Assembly (NCBI GenBank): GCA_964443495.1
Contig: CAYUCS010000001.1
Location: forward strand, 147,806 to 211,805
Source: an uncultured Gammaproteobacteria bacterium
GTDB taxonomy: Bacteria > Patescibacteriota > Patescibacteriia > Patescibacteriales > GWE2-39-37
Direction: 5' to 3'
DNA length: 64,000 bases
The translations under genes and the position numbers were made by a program. Positions 9,028 through 16,841 of this stretch are shown piece after piece (positions within the stretch are counted from its first letter, which is position 1; each line of letters opens with the position of its first letter). The notes under the pieces were generated by a model. That model was not told the origin of the DNA. It did no database searches and saw only the letters and a program-made list of their open reading frames with translations.

Positions 9028-9173
9028 GTGTGAGAAAGTGGGAAGAAGAATTTTCGCTTGATAATAAGTGGTAATCAATCGGAAATAATAACATAGAATG
9101 AGTTGGGTTTAGTGGCAGATTTTAGAAATGATTAAAGGGGCTTCCGCCCCGTTCGAATCCCTCTCTCTCCGCA
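9028..9173 (+). repeat. F-element copy 1: ~145-nt element ending in a hairpin plus a tRNA-Ser T-loop/acceptor 3' strand (GTTCGAATCCCTCTCTCTCCGCA)
   Basis: Alignable with 60398-60539. Hairpin GGGGC-TTCC-GCCCC (9137-9150) abuts the tRNA-like 3' end. There is no 5' acceptor strand and the T-stem cannot form. Confidence 0.5.
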
Positions 9174-9250
9174 CCGCCCTTCATTAGACTTAAGTTTGTG
9201 CATTTAGTATCATTAAGACATAAGCGGTCAAGCGCAGTTAAAATAAAAAA

Positions 9251-10177
9251 ATGACGATCAAAAACAAGATCTTTTTGGGTTTCGTTCCGGTGATTATTTT
9301 AATGTTCGTTTTGGGAGTCTACGGCTTTTTTGCCAATAGGCATGTTGCCAGCATGTTTGTTGAGCATTCTTTTAATGAAATGAAATATGGCAACGCCATC
9401 ACCTCGTTGCGCATTTCTATCATGGAGATGGTGCGTTCGACCGAAGAGTATGATGCCGGCTGGGTCAGCAGGGAGGAGATGGTCAGGGAGGCGGAGGAAC
9501 AAAAAGAGAATATAAATTCAAATTTCGATATTCTTTCGGCCAGCCAGGCACTGAGCGCCGATGTCGCCAAGCAGAGGACTTTAGTGACTGAGTTGTACGC
9601 GCTGAACGGCAAGTTGGTTGAAAAACATGAAGAAGGTGCTGATGTCAGAGAAGGAATAATGCAGGAATTCGACAACAAGACAGCTGAGCTCAAGCTCGGA
9701 TTCGATGCCATGTCAGGCTTGAATGACGAGGTAATGAATTCAAGAATGGAAAACATCCGGTCAGATTCGAATGCTTTTACCGTCATTAGCATGCTCTTGA
9801 TTTTGTTCTGTTTGCTGGCGGCATCGCTGTCGGGTTATCTTATCTCAGCCGCCATTTCCAAACCCATAAAATCATTGATGGAAGCTGCTTTGAATGTCGC
9901 TCGCGGGAATTATGAAACGGAGTTGGCCATCGACTCAGAGGATGAGGTCGGCGGCTTGGCGCGGGCTTTTAAAACGATGGCCGAGAGTATTAAAGGGTCT
10001 CGGGCACAGGTCGAAGCAAAGGCGAAAGAGTTGGAAAAAAAGAACAAAGAGCTTGAAGACACCTTGGATGATTTTTATACCTTAAGGATCGGGATGACTA
10101 GAGATATGGAAAAAGGCGTTCTGGAGGCGGAAAACAGGAAGATAAAGTCGAAAATAAACAAGCTGCGCCGCACATAG
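9251..10177 (+). CDS. Membrane protein with HAMP domain and C-terminal coiled coil (no recognisable output domain)
   Basis: Two TM segments flank a ~170-aa extracytoplasmic region. HAMP 'SKPIKSLMEAALNVARGNYETELAIDSEDEVGGLARAFKTMAESI', then a Lys/Glu-rich coil. Confidence 0.7.
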   Translation: MTIKNKIFLGFVPVIILMFVLGVYGFFANRHVASMFVEHSFNEMKYGNAITSLRISIMEMVRSTEEYDAGWVSREEMVREAEEQKENINSNFDILSASQALSADVAKQRTLVTELYALNGKLVEKHEEGADVREGIMQEFDNKTAELKLGFDAMSGLNDEVMNSRMENIRSDSNAFTVISMLLILFCLLAASLSGYLISAAISKPIKSLMEAALNVARGNYETELAIDSEDEVGGLARAFKTMAESIKGSRAQVEAKAKELEKKNKELEDTLDDFYTLRIGMTRDMEKGVLEAENRKIKSKINKLRRT

Positions 10178-10189
10178 TTTTTAGGGATA

Positions 10190-10223
10190 AAAAAATGCCA
10201 CGACTTTGCGTCGTGGCCTTTTT
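10190..10223. terminator. Bidirectional intrinsic terminator between convergent genes
   Basis: GCCACGAC-TTTGC-GTCGTGGC with an A-run upstream and a T-run downstream. Confidence 0.6.
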
Positions 10224-10235
10224 ATCGGGCGGGAG

Positions 10236-11417
10236 CTAGCCGATGTCTATCCGTGGGAAGTCGGGGCAGTATTCGCGGAAGACTTTGCTGTCTTCGTAAA
10301 GAGCGCGGGAGATGCTGGCGCGATCCATGTCGTTCGGCGTTTCGCCGCAGGCGATCTTGACCCAGAGCTTGGCCATGTAGTATCTCAGCGCATCGGCCAG
10401 GTAGGCTGCTTCGTTGAGCATGTTGTTCGAGCCTGTAGGAATGAAGATGTCGGCGATATTGTCGGTGCCGAGGCGGATCGGTATTTCCCATTTGATCATC
10501 TCAAGCAGGCGCGCGATGCTGTTGTGCAATGGCGCGTCAATCGGCCTGATTTGGCGCATCGACAGAGCGGCTCGGGGACAGCAGATAATCCCGACGTTGT
10601 ACTTCTTCAGGTTGTCGAGCAGCTTTTTGAAGCGGTACTCATCATAGCATGACGGTGAGATGGCATGGACGGCCCAGACGCCAGGCTCGTCGGAACCGGC
10701 TATCGTGGGGCTCCCAAGCCACCTGACGGCTTCGACCAACGTCTCGGTGCCGTTTTCGGACGGGTTGTTGGCCTGGTCAACGTGAATGTGGACTTCCTTG
10801 CCCAGCTCGATGCCTAATTGTAAGACGAGCTTGAGGTGGCGGTCATAACCGATGCGATTCGGCGAGTCGTCCTTTTCCGGCAAGCTGCCGAGGACATCAG
10901 AAATTTCAGCGGCCGCACGGAACATGTCCCAGCGTTCTGACCCTTCATGCTTGAAGCCGAAGATGGGCTGAGGGCCGATCTTGAAATCGATCTTGTCCCG
11001 ATATTTCCGCTTGAGTCCCAGGGCCGCATCGATCGCGACCATGCCGATGTCGGGCGTAGCGTCAATCAGGGAAACTACTCGCTTGGTTCCGTTGGCGATC
11101 ATTTGCTGCAGCTGCCGCTCCATCCTTTCCTTGAGGCTGTCCTTGGTGTAAGCCAAGCCTTTGTGCAGTTCGCCGGTCAGATTCTGCTTGACTGACAAGG
11201 GCAGAGTTGCGGCCTCGAGCGGGTCGATGCCGGCGTGCACCCAGTATTTGGCCTCCAGCGTGTCTGCCCGGTCCAAGTGGGTGTGGGCGTTGATCCAGCC
11301 GTTATGCTTGCGGGCCAGATCGATCAGGATCATTTCGTAACTGGATGGCTCGAAGACATAAGCTTGCTTTTCGGGATTCTTTTTCACTGGCTTTCTCCTT
11401 TCGGTTGTAATGAGCAA
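10236..11417 (-). CDS. Metal-dependent amidohydrolase, cytosine-deaminase-like
   Basis: 'NAHTHLD', 'EVHIHVDQ', 'AVHAIS' and 'LGTDN' match the amidohydrolase metal-ligand pattern. Confidence 0.7.
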   Translation of the reverse strand: MLITTERRKPVKKNPEKQAYVFEPSSYEMILIDLARKHNGWINAHTHLDRADTLEAKYWVHAGIDPLEAATLPLSVKQNLTGELHKGLAYTKDSLKERMERQLQQMIANGTKRVVSLIDATPDIGMVAIDAALGLKRKYRDKIDFKIGPQPIFGFKHEGSERWDMFRAAAEISDVLGSLPEKDDSPNRIGYDRHLKLVLQLGIELGKEVHIHVDQANNPSENGTETLVEAVRWLGSPTIAGSDEPGVWAVHAISPSCYDEYRFKKLLDNLKKYNVGIICCPRAALSMRQIRPIDAPLHNSIARLLEMIKWEIPIRLGTDNIADIFIPTGSNNMLNEAAYLADALRYYMAKLWVKIACGETPNDMDRASISRALYEDSKVFREYCPDFPRIDIG

Positions 11418-11513
11418 AAAAATATCCCGACGGTCGGGATATCAGTCAAAGAACGGATTTTTTAAAAAGCCAGGGGCTTTTTGGTTGGTTGGAAATTCAT
11501 CTTCCCCGGCCAC

Positions 11514-11543
11514 AAAAAAACGCCAAAGCAATTGGCGTTTTTT
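11514..11543. terminator. Bidirectional terminator downstream of marR
   Basis: A-run, CGCCAA-AGCAA-TTGGCG, then T6. Confidence 0.6.
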
Positions 11544-11607
11544 CCTGATTGTGTAGGCTGAAGTAATCATTACCGATATTTTATCACAAATATACGGCTA
11601 GTCAATG

Positions 11608-12036
11608 TCAGATTATCTGGTTGGTGAGGTCGATGAAATCTTCGGATAGCTTTTCGAAACGCTTGGCCTTGGCCGCGGGAATGAGATCTTCCATGAATAT
11701 TTCCGCCCTTTCCAGTCCCTCGTCAAGCTTGGTTTTACCGCTGGCCGTCAAGACAACCAGGCTGGAGCGGGCGTCGTGTTCGTTGGATTCGCGCTTTACC
11801 AGGCCGATCTTTTCCATCGGCAAGAGGATGCGGGTAACGCCGGATGCGGTCAGTCCTAGCTTGTCTGCCAGGTCTGTGCGGCGCATTTTGCCGTCGGATG
11901 ATTGGCGAAGATGCAGCATTATTAAGAATTCGTTCAGCCCTAGGCCGCCCAGTTGGGCGTCAAAGCGCCGTGACATGATAGTTTGGATTTTGGCCAGCCT
12001 TATGAAGAAGGCCAGGGAAGCGCTCGGTGTTCGCAT
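11608..12036 (-). CDS. MarR family transcriptional regulator
   Basis: Winged HTH 'RRTDLADKLGLTASGVTRILLPMEKIGLVKR'. Divergent from a transporter gene. Confidence 0.85.
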   Translation of the reverse strand: MRTPSASLAFFIRLAKIQTIMSRRFDAQLGGLGLNEFLIMLHLRQSSDGKMRRTDLADKLGLTASGVTRILLPMEKIGLVKRESNEHDARSSLVVLTASGKTKLDEGLERAEIFMEDLIPAAKAKRFEKLSEDFIDLTNQII

Positions 12037-12046
12037 ATGTTTGATT

Positions 12047-12079
12047 AATATTTGATATGTAAAGTATATATCAAATATT
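12047..12079. promoter_or_regulatory. Perfect 12-9-12 palindrome AATATTTGATAT-N9-ATATCAAATATT in the marR/CDF divergent intergenic region (candidate MarR operator)
   Basis: Read from the sequence. Begins 11 nt upstream of the marR start; MarR operators are typically palindromes in such regions. Confidence 0.5.
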
Positions 12080-12169
12080 TGCCCATGTCAAGCATCTTTG
12101 GCTAGCCGTGTTTCAAAATCCGTTTTTTGTGTTATATTTAAGGTATTAATCAGTTGCGCATATTATCAA

Positions 12170-13174
12170 ATGGCTAAACATAACCACGCCTCGGGCTTTT
12201 TTTCTGTTTCTCTGGCGATTTTAGGCAACGCCTCCATCACGGCGATAAAATTCATAGGGTTCTTGATATCAGGTTCAAGCGCCCTGTTTTCGGAGTCTAT
12301 CCATAGCTTTGCCGATACGATGAACCAGTCTTTGCTGATGGTCGGCATCAAGCGTTCGATCAAGAAGGCGGACTCCGAGCACACTTATGGCTACGGCCAA
12401 GAGCGCTTCTTGTGGGCGCTGATTTCCGCTTGCGGCATCTTCTTCCTCGGTGCCGGCGTTACGGCAGTCAACGGCATCAATGCCATGAAGCATCCGGAAT
12501 CTATAGTCATCGGGCCGGTGGTTTTTGCCATATTGGCGGCTTCATTCATCGTCGAATCGGTGACTTTCATTGTCGCGATCCGCGAACTCAGGGCCTCTGA
12601 CCCTGAAGCTAGTCTGCCGGAACTGCTCAGGGATGGGGATCCGACTACGATCGCCGTCATCTATGAAGACGGTGTCGCTTTGATCGGCGTACTGGTGGCT
12701 TTGGCATCGGTCACTTTGGTCAAGCTGACAGGCCAGCATTTTTGGGACGGCCTAGGCTCGATCGTCATCGGCTTGATGCTTGCTGCCGTCGCCATTTTGC
12801 TGATCAGGAAAAACAAGGAATATTTGAATCGCAAGGCTATCCCCGAGAATGTCAAAGAGCAGATTATGGAGATACTCGAGTCGGAGCCGGCAGTCGAGCG
12901 GGTCATCAATTTCAAATCATCGATCCTTGACGTCGGTGCCTACCACGTCCTGTGCGAAATCGAGTTCAATGGCGCACACCTTTTGAAGAGGCTCCCGAAT
13001 AATCTCAAGGATGAGTTCGAAGAGATCGATGGTGACTTCGAGGAATTCAAGAAATTCGCCGTTCGCTATATCGACAGGGTGCCGCGCATCGTCGGCACTT
13101 ACATCAACGAAATCGAGGAGAGGATCCAAAGAGAGATTCCGAGCATTATCCATATCGACATTGAAGTCAACTGA
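12170..13174 (+). CDS. Cation diffusion facilitator (CDF) family metal efflux transporter
   Basis: ORF 12098..13174 trimmed to ATG 12170 (MAKHNHAS). 'SESIHSFADTMNQ' TM2 motif, 6 TM segments and a cytoplasmic C-domain. Confidence 0.85.
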   Translation: MAKHNHASGFFSVSLAILGNASITAIKFIGFLISGSSALFSESIHSFADTMNQSLLMVGIKRSIKKADSEHTYGYGQERFLWALISACGIFFLGAGVTAVNGINAMKHPESIVIGPVVFAILAASFIVESVTFIVAIRELRASDPEASLPELLRDGDPTTIAVIYEDGVALIGVLVALASVTLVKLTGQHFWDGLGSIVIGLMLAAVAILLIRKNKEYLNRKAIPENVKEQIMEILESEPAVERVINFKSSILDVGAYHVLCEIEFNGAHLLKRLPNNLKDEFEEIDGDFEEFKKFAVRYIDRVPRIVGTYINEIEERIQREIPSIIHIDIEVN

Positions 13175-13182
13175 CCCGATCG

Positions 13183-13211
13183 CGGCCGCTGTTCAGGCGG
13201 CCGTTTTTTTT
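13183..13211 (+). terminator. Intrinsic terminator after the CDF gene
   Basis: CGGCCGC-TGTTCAG-GCGGCCG followed by T8. Confidence 0.7.
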
Positions 13212-13246
13212 ATATAATAAAGAGGCGTAAACATAAAAAAGAACAT

Positions 13247-15010
13247 ATGCTCAAACATCATTTTCGATTCACTTGGAAGGTGGGCGGGGAGGCCGGTTTC
13301 GGCATCAAGCTGGCCGGACTTTCTTTCGCCAAAGCCTGCATGCGTGCCGGCTACCACACCTTTGACTATACCGAGTACCCGTCCTTGATCCGCGGCGGGC
13401 ACAACACTTATCAGATCACTATCGGCACCGAACCGGTATTTAGCGCCAGTCGCGACGTCGAAGTATTGGTAGCCCTGAACAAGACGACGATAGATAACCA
13501 TTTCAATGAACTTACGGAAGGTTCGGCCATAATCTATGACGGTAGTGAAATCAAGCTGAGTCCGGCCAAATTCAAGGCCAAGAAAATCAGCCTGATTTCC
13601 GTGCCCTTGAAAGAGATCAGTGCGGCTACGGGCGGGGAGATCATGCGCAACGTGGTGGCCATCGGCGCCACGGCGGGCCTGCTCAATCTGCCGTTGTCGA
13701 TCCTGAACGAGATCATCAAGGAGCAATTCGCCGCCAAGCCCCAGGTTATCGATCAGAACATCGAGGCCTTGAAGCAGGGGCAGGAATACGTCAAGAAGCA
13801 TTACGGCAAGATTGATTTCAAGATCAAGCTCGAGCCGATCGCCCGCGAGAAACGCTTGCTGATTGCCGGCAATGAGGCTATGGGCATGGGCGCCTTGGCC
13901 GCGGGGGTTAATTTCTTCGCAGCTTACCCGATGACGCCATCAACCTCCTTGATGCTTTTCTTGGCGGCGCAGGCGGTCAAGACCGGCCTGGTGGTCAAGC
14001 ACGCCGAGGACGAAATCTCGGTCATAAACATGGCTTTGGGCGCGGCCCATGTCGGCGCGCGGGCCATGTGCGGCACTTCGGGCGGCGGTTATGCCTTGAT
14101 GGGCGAGGGCTTAGGCTTGTGCGCGGTAAGTGAGACCCCGTTAGTCATGGTCGATGTGCAACGGCCAGGGCCGGCCACCGGAATGCCGACCTGGACCGAC
14201 CAGGGCGATTTGCAATTCGTCTTGCACAGCGCCCAAGGCGAGTTTCCGCGCATCGTGGCAGCGCCGGGCGATATCGACGAGTGCTTCTCGATTACGGCCG
14301 AGGCGTTCAACTGGGCAGAAAAATACCAGCTGCCAGTTATCCTGCTTTCTGATAAATTTTTGGGCGAAGGCACCGGCACGGTAAACCCGTTCGATACGAG
14401 CAAGGTCAAGATCGAGCGCGGCAAACTGTTGGCCGAAGGGAAAATACCGAAGAATTACAAACGCTATAAAGTGACCGAGGACGGCATCTCGCCACGCACC
14501 TTGCCGGGCATGAAGGACGGTATCTATTGGGCTGATAGCTATGAGCATACCGAGCAGGGCTTTTCGAGCGAGACCATCGAGGATAGGATAGCTCAAGTGG
14601 ACAAGCGGGCCCGCAAGCTGGTGACCGCCGCTAAGGATCTGGACGGCGCCAATTGGTACGGTTCACCAAAAGCTAGGATCACTCTGGTGGCCTGGGGTTC
14701 GACCAAGGGTCCGATCCTGGATGCCATCAAGCTGTTGCCAGCCGACAAGCAGAAACAGATTGCCTTGCTGCACCTGAATATCATCTGGCCGTTCCCGAAC
14801 AAGAAAGTGACTGACGCCATCAAGCCGGTCACCGGCCTCTTGGCCAAGCCGAAGAAGGTGGTTCTGATCGAGAACAATTCCCAGGCCCAGCTCGGGCAGA
14901 TCATCCGCCAAGAAACCGGCATCGAGATCAAAGACAAGATACTCAAATACGACGGCCGGCCGTTCTTTCCCGAGGAATTGGCGGAGAAGATTAATAAATT
15001 AATGAAGTAA
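13247..15010 (+). CDS. korA: 2-oxoacid:ferredoxin oxidoreductase, fused gamma-alpha subunit
   Basis: 587 aa with typical POR/KOR gamma then alpha domain order, followed by the TPP-binding beta subunit 4 nt downstream. Confidence 0.9.
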   Translation: MLKHHFRFTWKVGGEAGFGIKLAGLSFAKACMRAGYHTFDYTEYPSLIRGGHNTYQITIGTEPVFSASRDVEVLVALNKTTIDNHFNELTEGSAIIYDGSEIKLSPAKFKAKKISLISVPLKEISAATGGEIMRNVVAIGATAGLLNLPLSILNEIIKEQFAAKPQVIDQNIEALKQGQEYVKKHYGKIDFKIKLEPIAREKRLLIAGNEAMGMGALAAGVNFFAAYPMTPSTSLMLFLAAQAVKTGLVVKHAEDEISVINMALGAAHVGARAMCGTSGGGYALMGEGLGLCAVSETPLVMVDVQRPGPATGMPTWTDQGDLQFVLHSAQGEFPRIVAAPGDIDECFSITAEAFNWAEKYQLPVILLSDKFLGEGTGTVNPFDTSKVKIERGKLLAEGKIPKNYKRYKVTEDGISPRTLPGMKDGIYWADSYEHTEQGFSSETIEDRIAQVDKRARKLVTAAKDLDGANWYGSPKARITLVAWGSTKGPILDAIKLLPADKQKQIALLHLNIIWPFPNKKVTDAIKPVTGLLAKPKKVVLIENNSQAQLGQIIRQETGIEIKDKILKYDGRPFFPEELAEKINKLMK

Positions 15011-15014
15011 ACAT

Positions 15015-15869
15015 ATGGCCATTGAACAGTTCAACACTATCAATCCGCCGACCTGGTGCCCCGGCTGCGGCAACTACAGCATCTGGAACGAGATCAAGCG
15101 GGCGCTCGACGAGTTGAAGATCCCGCCGCATAAAACCCTGATCGTTTACGGCATCGGCTGCGCGGGCAATATGTACAACACGGTCAACACTTACGCTTGG
15201 CACTCTCTTCATGGCCGCGCAGTCCCGACCGCTATCGGTGCCAAACTGGCCAACAAGGACTTGACGGTTATCGTGGTGGCAGGTGACGGTGACGCCTTGG
15301 GTGAGGGCATGGGGCATTTCATCCACGCCCTGCGCGGCAATGCCGACATTACTTATTTGGTTCATGAAAACAAGGTTTACGGCCTGACTACCGGCCAATC
15401 CGCTCCCACTTCGGACAAGGGTTTCGTGACCAAATCCACCCCAGAGGGATTGATCGAGGTGCCGACAAATCCGGTCAGCCTGGCCATGACGGCTGGCGGC
15501 AGCTTTGTGGCCCGCGGCTATGCCGGGAGGCCGCAGCAGCTCAAGGACTTGATCAAAGCCGGCATCCAGCACAAGGGCTTTTCCTTCGTTGACATTTTAC
15601 AGCCTTGTGTTACATTCAATAAGATCAATACCTATCAGTACTACAACGAAAAGGTGTATGATCTGGCTGAGGCCAAGCATGATCCGTCGGATTTCAATGC
15701 CGCCTTCGCCAAGGCCCGCGAGTGGGGCGCGAAGATTCCGTTGGGGCTGGTCTATCAGGATGCCCGCGAATCTTATGAGGAAGATTTGCCTCAAGAGAAG
15801 GGCAAGGCGATCGTGGCCCGTCCGATCGTGACACGCAATCTGGAAGCTTTATATAAAGATTTTATGTAA
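15015..15869 (+). CDS. korB: 2-oxoacid:ferredoxin oxidoreductase, beta (TPP-binding) subunit
   Basis: 'WCPGCGN' and 'VVAGDGDALGEGMGHF' TPP motif. Confidence 0.9.
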   Translation: MAIEQFNTINPPTWCPGCGNYSIWNEIKRALDELKIPPHKTLIVYGIGCAGNMYNTVNTYAWHSLHGRAVPTAIGAKLANKDLTVIVVAGDGDALGEGMGHFIHALRGNADITYLVHENKVYGLTTGQSAPTSDKGFVTKSTPEGLIEVPTNPVSLAMTAGGSFVARGYAGRPQQLKDLIKAGIQHKGFSFVDILQPCVTFNKINTYQYYNEKVYDLAEAKHDPSDFNAAFAKAREWGAKIPLGLVYQDARESYEEDLPQEKGKAIVARPIVTRNLEALYKDFM

Positions 15870-15913
15870 TCGGTCCGCAGCGGTTTACGAGCCGTCAAGG
15901 ACTTAAAAACCGT

Positions 15914-16498
15914 ATGACAAAAACATTAGAGAATTTGGCCAAGGCCTTCGTCGGCGAGAGCCAGGCACGCAACCGCTATACCATGTATAGCAAGGTGGCC
16001 AAAAAGGAGGGATATGAGCAGATAGCCGCAATCTTTTTGGAAACAGCCGATCAGGAGCGCGAACACGCCGCTCAGCTGTTCAAGATGATCAGCGCCCTGC
16101 AAGCCGAAGCCGGCCAAGCCAACAAGGAAATCAGCATTCCGGCCGGCGTGCCGACCGTCTATGCCACGACCAAGGAGAACTTGGCCGCAGCCATCGGCGG
16201 TGAGAATTACGAGCACACGATCATGTACCCGGAATTTGCCGAGGTTGCCAAGGAAGAAGGCTTGACCCAGGTAGCTGCCCGGCTCCGTTCGATCGCCAAG
16301 GCGGAGGAGCACCACGAAGAGCGCTATGTGAAGCTCTTAAAGGAGGTGGAGGCCGGTACGGTCTTTGAGAAGGACACCGAGGTTTGGTGGTATTGCCGTG
16401 AGTGCGGCTACATGCATTTCGGCAAGCGCCCGCCGGAAAAGTGCCCGTCCTGCGACCATGAGAAGGCCTATTACCAGGTCAAGTGTGAGCAGTATTAA
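15914..16498 (+). CDS. rbr: Rubrerythrin
   Basis: Diiron helices 'ADQEREHA' / 'KAEEHHEERY' and a C-terminal rubredoxin 'CRECGY...CPSCDH'. Confidence 0.9.
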   Translation: MTKTLENLAKAFVGESQARNRYTMYSKVAKKEGYEQIAAIFLETADQEREHAAQLFKMISALQAEAGQANKEISIPAGVPTVYATTKENLAAAIGGENYEHTIMYPEFAEVAKEEGLTQVAARLRSIAKAEEHHEERYVKLLKEVEAGTVFEKDTEVWWYCRECGYMHFGKRPPEKCPSCDHEKAYYQVKCEQY

Positions 16499-16516
16499 AC
16501 AAATAGTACGAAAAAT

Positions 16517-16636
16517 ATGATCCAGGTTGACCAGGTTTATAAATGCAACGTTTGCGGCAACATTGTCAAAGTGGTTGAAGCCGGTGGCGGGGAATTGGTC
16601 TGCTGCGGCCTGCCGATGGCCTTGCAAGAAGAGTAA
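16517..16636 (+). CDS. Desulforedoxin (39 aa; Dfx N-terminal-domain type)
   Basis: Not in the ORF track (too short). Hand translation [39 protein letters not shown] carries the CxxC...CC desulforedoxin signature. Lies 18 nt after rbr. Confidence 0.7.
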   Translation: MIQVDQVYKCNVCGNIVKVVEAGGGELVCCGLPMALQEE

Positions 16637-16696
16637 AAATAGGTTATATTACCGTAATACCGCAAAACACAAGGCTTAATCACCTTGTGTTTTGAT

Positions 16697-16783
16697 GGAG
16701 GGATGTCTGAGCGGTTTAAGGAGACAGTCTTGAAAACTGTTGGCCCTTTACGGGGCCCGTGGGTTCGAATCCCACTCCCTCCG
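16697..16783 (+). tRNA. tRNA-Ser (anticodon UGA)
   Basis: Cloverleaf built by hand: acceptor GGAGGGA/TCCCTCC, anticodon stem ACAGT/ACTGT with loop CTTGAAA, long variable arm, T-arm GTGGG-TTCGAAT-CCCAC, discriminator G. CCA is not encoded (CAC follows). Confidence 0.9.
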
Positions 16784-16792
16784 CACAAAAAC

Positions 16793-16830
16793 AATAGGGC
16801 GCCTGTGAATGCAGGCGCCCTATTGTTTTT
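16793..16830 (+). terminator. 17-bp hairpin plus T-run after tRNA-Ser(UGA)
   Basis: AATAGGGCGCCTG...CAGGCGCCCTATT followed by GTTTTT. Confidence 0.75.
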
Positions 16831-16841
16831 GCATTTGGAAA

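Noticed and set aside
9113-9173. F elements (also 60484-60539 and 24861-24909) as tRNA genes or tRNA pseudogenes
   Set aside because: No 5' acceptor strand or D-arm anywhere upstream. The sequence 5' of the T-loop pairs with itself as a hairpin instead of forming the T-stem. Only the last ~20 nt match a tRNA.
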